In this document: positions 18,384 through 28,211 of the stretch, piece after piece
Layout: every line of letters starts with the position of its first letter
Numbering within the stretch: position 1 is the stretch's first letter
Source of the DNA: an uncultured delta proteobacterium
Lineage (GTDB): Bacteria > Myxococcota_A > Polyangia > Polyangiales > Polyangiaceae
Direction: 5' to 3'
Length of the DNA stretch: 64,000 nt
NCBI GenBank assembly: GCA_963797395.1
Contig: CAWCPA010000008.1
Location: 731,484-795,483 of the forward strand
The notes under the pieces: model-generated
Told to the model about the DNA's origin: nothing
What the model saw: the letters and a program-made list of their open reading frames with translations, nothing else
Databases searched by the model: none
Position numbers and translations under genes: made by a program

Positions 18384-18679
18384 TACTTCGTCTTCGAGCG
18401 TTCCACGTAGCGCATGCGCAGATCGAAGAGAATCTGCGCGATGAGCCGCTCCTCGTCGCCGGTGAGGTTGCCCTTCGTCTTCTCCTCGAGCATGCCCACG
18501 AGGTCAATCGTCTGGCGGGCGAGCGCGAGGTCCTGCTCGATGCGACCGGTCTCGGGGCTAGGCGCCTCGCCGAGGTGCATGAGCGCCGAGTGGCTCAAGG
18601 AGAGGACGAACGTGGTGAAGTCGACGCGCGGCAGCGCGTCTTCGGGATGACCTTCGGGCTTCTGGTTCGCGTCGGTCAC
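18383..18679 (-). CDS. DUF1844-family protein
   Basis: Contains ...VDFTTFVLSLSHSALMHLGE...DLALARQTIDLVGMLEEKTKGNL... Confidence 0.7.
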   Translation of the reverse strand: MTDANQKPEGHPEDALPRVDFTTFVLSLSHSALMHLGEAPSPETGRIEQDLALARQTIDLVGMLEEKTKGNLTGDEERLIAQILFDLRMRYVERSKTK

Positions 18680-18694
18680 CGTCTTGGCCCCGCG

Positions 18695-18886
18695 TCAGTC
18701 CTCGCGGCCGCCCAGGGCGGGCTGCGGGAAGGTGAGAGAATCGGCCTGCTCGGCCACGTCGGGAAGCTGCGAGAGGTGCTTCTCGATCTCCTTCTCGTCG
18801 AACACGCCCTTGCGGACGTTGCGCTCGCGGACGCGGACGTCCCACTCCCAGCTCTGAATCTTCTTCTCGTTGCCCGTCGTCGCCAT
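18695..18886 (-). CDS. Small conserved hypothetical protein (63 aa)
   Basis: Clean ORF of normal composition in the operon between slyD and the DUF1844 gene. Confidence 0.5.
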   Translation of the reverse strand: MATTGNEKKIQSWEWDVRVRERNVRKGVFDEKEIEKHLSQLPDVAEQADSLTFPQPALGGRED

Positions 18887-18904
18887 GGATGCTCTTTCCT
18901 CGCT

Positions 18905-19462
18905 TCAGTTGACCGTGCGCTTGCCGATGGGAACCGGCTCGTGCGAGTGATCGCAATCGGGGCCGTGGACGTGCTCGTGAGCGTCGTCGAGCTGCGACGC
19001 CGCTTCCTGGATCTCGACGTCGGTGGCGGCGCGGATGTCGCGCACGGTGACGTTGTAGCGCAGCGTCATTCCGGCGAGGGGGTGGTTCGCGTCGACGACC
19101 ACGTGGTCGTCGCCGACCTCGACGACGCTCATCGCCATCTCCTCGCCATCGGGCGACTCGGCGACGAACTCGTCGCCGACCGTGACGCCCTTCGGATCCG
19201 GCAGCTCGGACCAATCGAGCTCGAGGAGCAGATCGTCGTCGTACTCGCCGTAACCTTCCTCGGCGGAGACCACGACCTCGCGCTTCTCGCCGGCGCGGAG
19301 GCCGACGAGCGCCGCCTCGAGCCCGGGGACAAGCATGCCGTACCCGTGCACGTAGCGAATCGGCTCGCCGCCTTCGCCCTCGCTTGCCTCGAGCATGTCG
19401 CCGTCTTCATCACGAAGCTCGTAATCGAGCGTGACGTGGGCGTTCGGCTGGATGGTCTGCAT
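18905..19462 (-). CDS. slyD: FKBP-type peptidyl-prolyl isomerase, SlyD-like, with a His/Cys-rich tail
   Basis: Contains VTLDYELRDEDG...YVHGYGMLVPGLEAALVGLRAGE. Tail reads HEHVHGPDCDHSHEP. Confidence 0.85.
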   Translation of the reverse strand: MQTIQPNAHVTLDYELRDEDGDMLEASEGEGGEPIRYVHGYGMLVPGLEAALVGLRAGEKREVVVSAEEGYGEYDDDLLLELDWSELPDPKGVTVGDEFVAESPDGEEMAMSVVEVGDDHVVVDANHPLAGMTLRYNVTVRDIRAATDVEIQEAASQLDDAHEHVHGPDCDHSHEPVPIGKRTVN

Positions 19463-19577
19463 CGTAGGGCCTGCCTTGCCTGCCGGGGAGAACTAGCGCG
19501 GTACCGGCCCTCCGTCGAGGCCCCAGCGCGGCCGCCGGGCGGGCCGTCGGTCGAGTGTCGGCCCGCCCCGAGCGGCC

Positions 19578-20471
19578 TCACCTTCGCGTCGTGCCGCGCT
19601 TGTTCCGCTGCCCTCGCGCCCGCGCCCCGCTCCGGTCGCGGCTGGGCCCGAAGTCGTGGTCCGGGTTCCGGTCCGCCGGCTCCGTCTCGGCCAGGACCCG
19701 CCCGACGCGCTCGAGCTCCGGCCGGAACCGCGACGTCAGCTTCGCGTCGCCGAGCACCTTCGCCACGAGCTCTCGCAGCACGGGATCCTTGACCGTGGCC
19801 CATCGCGCCAGCACGTCGAAGACCGGCACCCCGAACCGCACCGCCAGGACCGGCGTCCCCTCGCGCAGCGCGTCGAGCAGCGCCTTGTGCCCCGGGTAGC
19901 GCGCCGCCGACCGCGGGGCGTCGCGCAGGAGGACGAACCCCTCGTCGAGGCGCTTCAGAACGCCCTCGCTCTCCTTCAGGGTCGCGATCCAGGGCTCCCG
20001 CGCGACCGCGCGCAGGACCGCCGCGGCGTGGAAGTACCCGTCCATCCACGACGCCACGTCCTCCACGAGCCCCGCGCCGGCTGCGCCCCCCACGCGCGCC
20101 AGCCCGTCGATCACTGCGTCGCGCACCCGGAAGCGCAGATCGTCCGCGTGGGCGTGCAGCTCGCCCACGAACCGGCCTCGCACCCCGGCGTCGGCCGTGG
20201 CGCGCGCCGCGAGCGCCAGCACGCCGCAGATGGGCAAGAACTCCTGCACCGTGGCGCCGGGCGCTTCGTCCGCCGAGAGCCCCGCGAGCGCGAGCACCAC
20301 CGGGTCGGCCACGGCGCCTCGGGCCCGGCAGGCCTGCGCGAACGCGTCGGCCAGGGCGGCGTTGGGGCGCGGGCCGGGCATGCGGGACCCGCGGGTCAGC
20401 AGATCGGTGAGCGCGGCGCGGCGGCCGGCCACGGCCTCGTCCAGCGCGCGCGAGAGCGGATCGGGCGTCAT
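19578..20471 (-). CDS. Hypothetical helical-repeat (HEAT-like) protein
   Basis: Ala/Leu-rich helical repeats and a basic C-terminal tail. A start at 20471 (MTPDPLS) is preferred. Confidence 0.45.
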   Translation of the reverse strand: MTPDPLSRALDEAVAGRRAALTDLLTRGSRMPGPRPNAALADAFAQACRARGAVADPVVLALAGLSADEAPGATVQEFLPICGVLALAARATADAGVRGRFVGELHAHADDLRFRVRDAVIDGLARVGGAAGAGLVEDVASWMDGYFHAAAVLRAVAREPWIATLKESEGVLKRLDEGFVLLRDAPRSAARYPGHKALLDALREGTPVLAVRFGVPVFDVLARWATVKDPVLRELVAKVLGDAKLTSRFRPELERVGRVLAETEPADRNPDHDFGPSRDRSGARARGQRNKRGTTRR

Positions 20472-20540
20472 GAGGAGACGGCGGAGCTTAGCGCGATCGT
20501 GCCGATGACGCGGCACGGCACCTGCTCATGCCTTGCGCTC

Positions 20541-21908
20541 ATGGATACCGCACGACCCCGCGTAGTGGTCATCGGAGCAGGGTTCGGGGGCCTCGAGACC
20601 GCGAAGGCGCTCAAGCACGCCCCGGTCGACGTAGTCGTCGTGGACCGCGAAAACTACCACCTCTTTCAGCCCCTCGTTTACCAGGTGGCGATGGCCGAGC
20701 TGTCGGGCAACGACGTCTCGGGGTCCATCCGGGCCATCCTCGCGAGGCAGAAGAACACGCGCGTCCTCCTCGGCGAGGTGCTCTCAATCGACCTCGAGCG
20801 GCGCGTCATCACCACGCAAGACACGACGATTCCGTTCGACTATCTCGTCGTCGCCGCGGGCGCGAAGCCCAACTACTTCGGAAAGGACGAGTGGGCGGCG
20901 CTGGCGCCGAGCCCCAAGGGCCTCGACACGGCGCTCGAGATTCGCCGGCGCGTCCTCTTCGCGTTCGAGGAGGCGGAGGCGCTCGAGGGCGACTCGATCC
21001 TCCGCAAGCGCCTCCTCGAGTTCGTCGTCATCGGGGGCGGCCCCACGGGCGTCGAGTTCGCGGGGGCCCTCGCCGAGCTCTCGCGGCGCGGCCTGAAGCG
21101 GGACTTCCGCCGCATCAATCCGAGCACCGCCAAGGTGCACCTGGTCGAGGGAGCGAAGCGCCTCCTCAGCGCCTTCCCCGAGGACCTCTCCGCGAGCGCC
21201 ACCCGCCAGCTTCAGGAGCTCGGCGTCATCGTGCACGCGGGACGGCGCGTGACGGCAATCGACGAGAACGGCGTCACGCTCTCCGACGGAACGCGGCTCG
21301 GCTCGGCGACCGTCATCTGGGCGGCCGGCGTCAAGCCCGTCGGCCTCGCCGGGATGCTCCCCGCGGCGGCTGATCGCGAAGGCCGCGCGCACGTGACCGC
21401 GGACCTCTCCATCGAGGGCCACCGGAACGTCTTCGTCATCGGCGACATGGCCCACTTCCAACAAGACGGAGAGCCGCTGCCCGGCGTGAGCCCCGTCGCC
21501 ATTCAGGAGGGGAGGGCCGTCGCACGCAACATCCGCCGCGAGGTCGACGGCAAGGCCCGCGAGCCGTTCCGCTACTTCGACAAGGGCACGCTCGCCACCA
21601 TCGGCCGGTCGCGCGCCGTCGGCGTCGTCGGCAAGCTGCACCTCAGCGGCTTCCCCGCGTGGGTCGTCTGGGCGCTCGTCCACGTCTTCTATCTCATCGG
21701 GTTCCGGAACCGAGTCTTCGTCCTCCTCCAGTGGTTCTGGAGCTACCTCACCGACAGCCACGCGGCGCGCATCATCTTCGGGCTCGAGCATCCGCTCCCG
21801 AGCGTGCGCGAGCGCCTCCGCGCGGCGGGTCCACACGTCGTTCCGGTCCCGCCCGCCTTCCCGTCCGCGGGGGCAGTCAGCCAGGCGTCGCGCACCGTTT
21901 CGTCCTAA
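20541..21908 (+). CDS. ndh: Type II NADH dehydrogenase (NDH-2)
   Basis: MDTARPRVVVIGAGFGGLE..., a second dinucleotide fold VVIGGGPTGVEFAG, and IGDMA. Confidence 0.9.
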   Translation: MDTARPRVVVIGAGFGGLETAKALKHAPVDVVVVDRENYHLFQPLVYQVAMAELSGNDVSGSIRAILARQKNTRVLLGEVLSIDLERRVITTQDTTIPFDYLVVAAGAKPNYFGKDEWAALAPSPKGLDTALEIRRRVLFAFEEAEALEGDSILRKRLLEFVVIGGGPTGVEFAGALAELSRRGLKRDFRRINPSTAKVHLVEGAKRLLSAFPEDLSASATRQLQELGVIVHAGRRVTAIDENGVTLSDGTRLGSATVIWAAGVKPVGLAGMLPAAADREGRAHVTADLSIEGHRNVFVIGDMAHFQQDGEPLPGVSPVAIQEGRAVARNIRREVDGKAREPFRYFDKGTLATIGRSRAVGVVGKLHLSGFPAWVVWALVHVFYLIGFRNRVFVLLQWFWSYLTDSHAARIIFGLEHPLPSVRERLRAAGPHVVPVPPAFPSAGAVSQASRTVSS

Positions 21909-21925
21909 GCTCGCAACCCGTCGCC

Positions 21926-22726
21926 ATGATCCAGCTCGTCATCGCCGATGTCGACGGCACCCTCGTCACCCCCGAAAAAGAGCTCACGCTGCGCGCCCGC
22001 GACGCTGTGAAGAAGCTCCATGCGGCGGGCATCCGGTTCGCGGTCACAAGCGGCCGCCCGCCGCGCGGCATGTCCATGCTCATCGAGCCGCTGGGCATCA
22101 CGACCCCCGTCGCGGGTTTCAACGGCGGCATGTTCGTCAAGCCCGACATGACGCCGATCGACCTCAAGACGCTCGACGAGAAGCTCGTCGCGCCGATCGT
22201 GAAGGCCATCCTCGACCACAAGCTCGACGCCTGGGTCTATCAGGGCAACGACTGGCTGCTGCGCGACCCTTCCGCCCCGCACGTGGCGCGCGAAGGGCAC
22301 ACGGTCGGCTTCCCGCCGAAGGTCGTCTCGACGCTCGACGGGCACGACACCGGCGTCGTGAAGATCGTCGGGGTGGGCGACGACCTCGCCGCGGTCGAGG
22401 CGTGCGAAAAGCACCTGCAAGAGCGGTTCGGCGCGACCGTGTCGGCTGCCCGATCGCAGCCCTACTACGTGGACGTCACGCACCCCCAGGCCAACAAGGG
22501 CGACGTCGTCCGATACCTCTCGAAGACCCTCGCCATCCCGCCCGAGAACATCGCGACCATCGGCGACATGCCGAACGACGTGCTCATGTTCGTGCTGAGC
22601 GGGCTGAGCATCGCGATGGGCAACGCCAGCGCCGAGGTCCAAGGCAAGGCGAAGCGCGTCACCGCTTCGAACACCGAAGAGGGGTTCGCGGTCGCGATGG
22701 AGAAATTCGTCCTCGGCGGCGGCTGA
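21926..22726 (+). CDS. Cof-type HAD-IIB phosphatase
   Basis: Motifs VIADVDGTLV, SGRPP, and GDMPNDVLMF. Confidence 0.85.
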   Translation: MIQLVIADVDGTLVTPEKELTLRARDAVKKLHAAGIRFAVTSGRPPRGMSMLIEPLGITTPVAGFNGGMFVKPDMTPIDLKTLDEKLVAPIVKAILDHKLDAWVYQGNDWLLRDPSAPHVAREGHTVGFPPKVVSTLDGHDTGVVKIVGVGDDLAAVEACEKHLQERFGATVSAARSQPYYVDVTHPQANKGDVVRYLSKTLAIPPENIATIGDMPNDVLMFVLSGLSIAMGNASAEVQGKAKRVTASNTEEGFAVAMEKFVLGGG

Positions 22727-22786
22727 GGCGTCGCCGGCACGCGTCGCGCAAAGGTCTCTCGCGGGAGAGGACCTCGCGAGGCGCTC

Positions 22787-24205
22787 ATGCACGACAGTGA
22801 CGTCATCATCGTCGGTAGCGGCCAGGCCGGGCAGCCGCTCGCCCATCGCTTCGTCAAGGCGGGCCGCCGCGTCACGCTCTTCGAGGCCGCCCACCTCGGC
22901 GGCACGTGCATCAACACCGGGTGCACCCCGACCAAGACCATGGTCGCGAGCGCACGCGCCGCGCACGTCGCGCGCACCGCGGGCCGGCTGGGCGTCCACA
23001 CGAAGGGGGTCGAGGTCGACCTCGGCCAGATCGTCGACCGCAAGGACGGCGTCATCCGGGCCTGGCGGGCTTCGCAAGAGAAGTCGATCGCCGCGGCCGG
23101 GCCGCAGCTCCGGCTCGTGCGGCAGCACGCCCGTTTCGTCGGCGAGCGCCTGCTCGAGGCCAACGGGGAGCGGTACCGTGCGCCCATCGTCATCCTCGAC
23201 GTCGGCGCGCGCCCCGCCACCCCGCGCGTGAAGGGCCTCGACTCCGTGCCGTGGCTCGACAACGCGTCCGTCATGGCGCTCCGCCGCGTGCCCGAGCACC
23301 TCGTGATCCTCGGCGGCGGCTACATCGGCTGCGAGATGGCCCAGATGTTCCGACGGTTCGGCGCGAAGGTCAGCATCGTGCACGACCACGACCACGTGCT
23401 GAGCCGCGAAGACCCCGACGTCGCCGCCGCGATCCAGGGCGTGTTCCAGGACGAGGGCATCGAGGTGCACCTGCGCGCCGCGGCCGTCGAGGTGGCGATC
23501 GACCGCGCCGACGTGAAGGGCACGCCGTTCGATCGCCCCGACGGTCGCGGAATCGTCGTCCGCCTCGCCGGCGGCGGCGAGATCCGCGGCACGCACGTCC
23601 TCGTCGCGCTCGGCCGCCGCGCCAACACCGACGGCCTGGGATGCGAAGCCGGCGGCATCAAGCTCGACGCCCGCGGCAACATCGTCGCCGACGAGAACTA
23701 CGCGACCACCTCGCCCGGCGTGTACGCCGTCGGCGACGTCCTCGGCGGCCCGCAGTTCACGCACACGTCGTGGGACGACCATCGATTGCTGTTCGAGCAC
23801 CTCACGCAGCCCGACGCGAAGGTCCGGCCGCGGACCTCGCGCCTCATCCCGTACTGCGTCTTCACCGACCCCCAGATCGCGAGCGTCGGCCTGAACGAGC
23901 GCGCCGCGAAGGCGAAGGGCGTGGCCTACCAGGTGGCCACCATGCCGACGGGCGACATCGCCCGCGCGATCGAGGTCGACGAGCGGGCCGGCATCCTGAA
24001 GGTGCTCACCGACTCGAGCGGCGATCGCATCCTCGGCGCGTCGCTCGTGGCGAGCGAGGCCGGCGAGTTGATTCACATCTTCGTGGCCCTGATGCAGGCG
24101 GGCGCGAGCCCGCGGGCCATCGTCAATCCGCAGTTCGTGCACCCGACGTGGGCCGAGGGGGTCCAGTCGCTGGTGATGCGCCTGCCGCGGTACGCGCTGG
24201 TGTGA
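22787..24205 (+). CDS. Class I pyridine nucleotide-disulfide oxidoreductase (mercuric/dihydrolipoamide reductase-like flavoprotein)
   Basis: Motifs IIVGSGQAG, the redox-active CINTGCTPTK and LGGGYIGCE, plus a C-terminal dimerisation HPTWAEG motif. Confidence 0.85.
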   Translation: MHDSDVIIVGSGQAGQPLAHRFVKAGRRVTLFEAAHLGGTCINTGCTPTKTMVASARAAHVARTAGRLGVHTKGVEVDLGQIVDRKDGVIRAWRASQEKSIAAAGPQLRLVRQHARFVGERLLEANGERYRAPIVILDVGARPATPRVKGLDSVPWLDNASVMALRRVPEHLVILGGGYIGCEMAQMFRRFGAKVSIVHDHDHVLSREDPDVAAAIQGVFQDEGIEVHLRAAAVEVAIDRADVKGTPFDRPDGRGIVVRLAGGGEIRGTHVLVALGRRANTDGLGCEAGGIKLDARGNIVADENYATTSPGVYAVGDVLGGPQFTHTSWDDHRLLFEHLTQPDAKVRPRTSRLIPYCVFTDPQIASVGLNERAAKAKGVAYQVATMPTGDIARAIEVDERAGILKVLTDSSGDRILGASLVASEAGELIHIFVALMQAGASPRAIVNPQFVHPTWAEGVQSLVMRLPRYALV

Positions 24206-24300
24206 GGGCTGGGGTGGGGGGGCCGCTTCCCGGGTCGTCCGGAGGGTGGTCGTGGACGGGGGCGCTGGCGTGCTGTAAGTCGTGGGCTGCACGCGTTTTT

Positions 24301-24374
24301 GCGCCCGTAGCTCAGTTGGATAGAGCAGCGGCCTTCTAAGCCGCGGGTCAGTGGTTCGAGTCCACTCGGGCGTG
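24301..24374 (+). tRNA. tRNA-Arg (anticodon UCU)
   Basis: Cloverleaf folded by hand: acceptor GCGCCCG/CGGGCGT, D arm GCTC..GAGC, anticodon arm GCGGC-CTTCTAA-GCCGC, T arm AGTGG-TTCGAGT-CCACT. The CCA end is not exactly encoded. Confidence 0.9.
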
Positions 24375-24377
24375 CCC

Positions 24378-25831
24378 AACGATGTCGCCGACTTGGGCGA
24401 TTCGCTTACCGCGGCCCGCGGTAAGAGCCGCGGTAAGTCTGCGGTACGACCAGCGGCTCGGGACGGCGCGGGAGCCTCCTGCGACGAGCCCGCGACCGCT
24501 CGCATCGGCAGGGCGATGAGCTGGCCGGCCGACAGGTCCAGTTTGATGCTCTCCACGGCCGCTTGAAGCAAGGTTAGGGTCTGGGCGGTGTAGTGCTGCT
24601 GGGTCACCCCGGCGCCCGCGTGGCCCATCAAACGCTTGATCGTGCCCTCGGCGACGCCCGCCTCGGTCAGCCACGTGGCGAAACTCCTGCGTGTCGCGTG
24701 CGCCGTAAAGGGATTCCCTTCGTAGTCGTCGGGGAGGTTCGCCGCGCGCAGGTCCGCCCGGAGCAGCGAGGGTGAATCGGGGCGCCACGCCTGTCCGGTG
24801 GCGTTCGGGAAGACCGGGCCGTTTGCCTCGGGCGCGTGGCCCACCCACGTCGCCCATCCCGATGCCTTCCACGCACGCAGTGCGCCCAGGGCCAGTGGGT
24901 GCAAAGGCAACACGCGCACCCGGTTGTCCGTCTTCGGCGCTCGCAGCGTCGACCAGCCGTCATCTCCTTCCAGGGCGAGGGCCTTCGTGATCTTTACCGT
25001 GGGCACCGGCGCGTCCAGCTCGAGGTCGTCGCACTTGAGCCCCGAAAGCTCGCCCTCGGCCATGCCGCTCGTCAGCGCGAGAAGCGTGCGCACGCGCCGC
25101 CACTCGGGCATCGCAGCGCTCGTGAGGAGCTTCTCGGCGACGGGCCGAGTCAGGTGCACGATGGTGTGCTTGCCCGCGAGCGTGATGGCCGCCGGAATCT
25201 CGCGCCGCACGGCCTCGTGCTTCATGGGGTTCGCCGGCAAGTGGACCCACTCCTCGGCCATGGCATCCGCGAAGAACGCGGTCAGGCTGTTGACCACGTT
25301 GCGGCACGCGAAGGGCGCGAGCGGTCCACCTCGGACGAGCTTGCGCACCTTGCGTCCGTCGATGGTCTCCCATGCGGGCCTGGTCTTCCCGTTGTCGCGT
25401 ACCTTTCGCAGCCAGGCGCGCAGCACCCCGGGGCCGAGGTCGACGATGGGAACGTCCGCGACCTCTGGGTACGCGAGCACGTGCACATGGAGGGCGCCCT
25501 TGTGCTGCTTCCGAGTCGCCGGCGAGAGCTTGGGGTTCTTCTCGTTGAGCCTCTCCCAAGTGTCCGCGAGGTCCCGGATCGTCTTGCCTCGCTCCGTCTT
25601 CGGCGCGGGCTGCTGCGCCACCTGCTTCCGGTACTCCGCGAGCCACGCCAACGCGTAGCGCTTCGCCTCGTTCTCGGTGCGGTGCTCTCGGGGGATACGA
25701 TGCTCTCCCCAGTCCCCTGGGCCGCGACGGTACTGGAGCACACGCTGGCCATCGCCCCGCGTGTGGATGTTCCACCCTCGGTCTTCGTCGTGCCTGCCCA
25801 TCGTTCTCGCCGACCGTCGAGACTCGTTCAT
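24378..25831 (-). CDS. Tyrosine recombinase (phage/ICE integrase). The formal ORF has no stop until 21905.
   Basis: Contains ...LALTSGMAEGEL..., HATRRSFATWL, and RLMGHAGAGVTQQHY. It abuts the tRNA 3' end. Confidence 0.85.
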
Positions 25832-25873
25832 GACGACTCCTCCGAAACTACCATCGCGATCCCGGTTCCGCCC

Positions 25874-26227
25874 TCACTTGCCGGCCCTCGCAGCCCGCCG
25901 CGCGGCCAGCCGCGCGGACCGCTCGACGACGTCGTCTATCGCACCGCGCTCGCTTCTCAGCCAGGCGTCCGCGCGCTCGACATCCACCCGCCGGGTCCGG
26001 CCGGAGCCCACGGTGGGCAGCCCTCGAGCGACCAGTCCCCAGACCGTCCTTTCGCTGAGCGACACCCGAGTCGCGTAGTTCGACACGCGCATGAAGAGCT
26101 CGCCGGTCGTGCTCGTAGAATCCGGCGCCGCCATGCCGAACAGGGCACGCAGCTCGGCGGCCAACGCCGGCTCTTCTTTCAAGGCCGCCACGATGCCCAT
26201 GAGGAGCTCGCGTCCGACCGTGCTCAT
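25874..26227 (-). CDS. Excisionase-like HTH DNA-binding protein
   Basis: Contains FMRVSNYATRVSLSERTVWGLVARGLPTVGSGRTRRVDVERADAWL, directly upstream of int. Confidence 0.6.
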   Translation of the reverse strand: MSTVGRELLMGIVAALKEEPALAAELRALFGMAAPDSTSTTGELFMRVSNYATRVSLSERTVWGLVARGLPTVGSGRTRRVDVERADAWLRSERGAIDDVVERSARLAARRAARAGK

Positions 26228-26326
26228 GGAGCACCGTCCATCACCCACCGCCCTCCGTCGTTCGCAGGAGGCAAGCGTCGCGCACCTTGCGGTGCGCCAC
26301 ACGGCGACATCCCGAGGATCGGACGA

Positions 26327-26611
26327 TCATCTGGAGGGTCCGTGCGGTCTACGACATGCGGCCGGAAGGACGCGAGCAGCGGGCTCCCCTCGGAGAAAAC
26401 GGTCCAGCGCCTCGCGATTCCACATTCACGTTCCCCCTCCACCCCGACGGCCCACCGGAGCGATCCGTCCTTCGAGCTTCGCCTTCCGACGCGCGCCCGT
26501 CGTCTTGAACCCGCAGTGAGCCGCCGCCTCGCGCGTCGTCAGCAAGGGCCGATCGACCGATTCACTCGGTAGCAGAAGCCCGCCATCCTCGCCTCGGACA
26601 GGCGCACTCAT
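26327..26611 (-). pseudogene. Second excisionase-family HTH gene, interrupted by an in-frame TGA
   Basis: Reads ...LLTTREAAAHCGFKTTGARRKAKLEGRIAPVGRRGGGGT-TGA(26426-26428)-MWNREALDRFLRGE... Confidence 0.5.
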
Positions 26612-26750
26612 AAGTCGACCTCCGAGTTTTTGGGCCACCAGGGGACGAACGAACCGATCCCCGACGCACTTCGCGCAAGCCTCTGGCCGAGCCTCGACAT
26701 CGTGGCGATGGACGCGCTCGATCGCCCTTCGACTGCCTCTCCCTTCACGC

Positions 26751-27314
26751 TTACGGCCCGATCCTCGCCGGAGCCGTCACGAACAAGCACCGAGGCCCCC
26801 ACGCCTGGAACCCACCCGTGGGAGGAAGAATCGGCGCGTCCGCCGGGCTGGCATCGACGGCCACCGAGCGGAGGTTCAGGGACACCACCATGGGAAGATC
26901 CGCCAGGCCGAGGGCCTCCGCGTAGCGCCGCAAGACGCACTCGCGCCGCAAGGGCAGCCCCTTCCCCGGGCGCCCGCCGGCACGCGCGCACGCATAGTCG
27001 TACGCGGACAACATCGCCGAACCGATGGCCACGTTGATGCAGGGATTGAACAGCTCCTCCGGGGAGCGTCCAAAGTCGAAGGCCCATGGGGCGGGCACTT
27101 GAAGCAGGCCGACCAGCGGCCGGCGCCCGGCCGCCAGCGCGCTTCGGAGGAGCACGACCCCTTCCGCCCGCGTACGCGGAGCCTCGACCTCCTCTGGCGG
27201 CGCGTCCGGGTCGAGCACGAACAAGGGATCGTCATGCGCGTTGTCCACGATCGCGCGCACGAGTTCACCATCCCCATGCAGACTGCAGGCAAAGACTGCC
27301 GCGAAGACGTCCAT
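26751..27314 (-). CDS. TrbN/VirB1-like (lytic transglycosylase fold) protein, probably catalytically inactive
   Basis: AIVDNAHDDP aligns with the IVxxESxxNP motif (E replaced). Also VGLLQV and LFNPCINVAIGSAMLS. Confidence 0.5.
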   Translation of the reverse strand: MDVFAAVFACSLHGDGELVRAIVDNAHDDPLFVLDPDAPPEEVEAPRTRAEGVVLLRSALAAGRRPLVGLLQVPAPWAFDFGRSPEELFNPCINVAIGSAMLSAYDYACARAGGRPGKGLPLRRECVLRRYAEALGLADLPMVVSLNLRSVAVDASPADAPILPPTGGFQAWGPRCLFVTAPARIGP

Positions 27315-27317
27315 CCA

Positions 27318-27746
27318 TCACTCCAAAGGGGTAGGGGGAGGCAACAGCGCGTAGAGCACTCGCCGCGCTGGCACCCGCCCGGCGAGCAGCACCCCCGCAC
27401 GCGAAAAAAAGTCGTCCGGCAGACCCGAAGGATCGCGGCGGACGCGCTTCAGATGGGCGAGCAGATGGCGGACCATCCGAATCCGCCCCGCCGTGTAGAG
27501 ATCGAGCAGCAGGTGCACGCGCGGGTGTACCCCTGGAACCGAGGCCGCCAGCCGGTCGTCCACCTCGAGCGTCCGAAAAACATAGAGGCACCGTCGCCGG
27601 CGGCTCACAATCTCGTAGGCCACGAGCTCCCCGCCCGGAAAGAGAGCGATCGGTCCAAGCCGGCCTTCGCGCGTCCCCTCGGGGAGCCCGTACAAGAGCG
27701 CAGCCGACGGGGCGCCGGTCGGGCGAAGCTGTACGGCGGTCCTCAT
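27318..27746 (-). CDS. Hypothetical island protein (142 aa)
   Basis: ORF 3 nt upstream of the TrbN-like gene. No recognisable motif. Confidence 0.4.
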   Translation of the reverse strand: MRTAVQLRPTGAPSAALLYGLPEGTREGRLGPIALFPGGELVAYEIVSRRRRCLYVFRTLEVDDRLAASVPGVHPRVHLLLDLYTAGRIRMVRHLLAHLKRVRRDPSGLPDDFFSRAGVLLAGRVPARRVLYALLPPPTPLE

Positions 27747-27792
27747 CGGTCGCCCGCGCGTGCGGCTCTGCGGCCCGTGAATAATCGTGCGG

Positions 27793-28185
27793 TCATGCCG
27801 GCGATTGCGAATCCGCGCCGCCGTTCAAGACGACGGAAGCCGAGCGCGCATCGATGGGTCGTTCGGGAGTCAGGGAGGAGTCGACGGCGGCCTGGATGGT
27901 TCGCATCAGCCCTCGGCAGATGGCTCGCGCTCCCGCGAGCTCGCGCGACGCCCACGCCGCAAACTCCTGATGCTCGCAGGCCCGAGAACGCTGATCGAGC
28001 TCCAACCGCCCAACCGCCGCATCGAGCTCCTCGGTGCGTCGTTGCCACTGGTGCGCGCGCTCGAGAGCGGCGAACAGCTTGTGCCGTAGGACTCCGACTT
28101 GGGTCTCGGCGGCGAGGCCCTCGAGGCCTCGGGTTTGCTCGCGATAGTCGCAGAACGCTTGTTCACGGACGGAGGATTGGCGCAT
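27793..28185 (-). CDS. Hypothetical coiled-coil island protein (130 aa)
   Basis: Clean ORF with heptad-like composition. Confidence 0.4.
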   Translation of the reverse strand: MRQSSVREQAFCDYREQTRGLEGLAAETQVGVLRHKLFAALERAHQWQRRTEELDAAVGRLELDQRSRACEHQEFAAWASRELAGARAICRGLMRTIQAAVDSSLTPERPIDARSASVVLNGGADSQSPA

Positions 28186-28211
28186 GGGGCCTCGTTGGGT
28201 CTGGGGACACA

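Noticed and set aside
21905-24300. The downstream 2.4 kb of the 1308-aa integrase ORF as real coding sequence.
   Set aside because: It is antisense to a tRNA and to three well-supported housekeeping genes. Integrase homology ends near 24560. The absence of a stop codon is reported as a finding instead.
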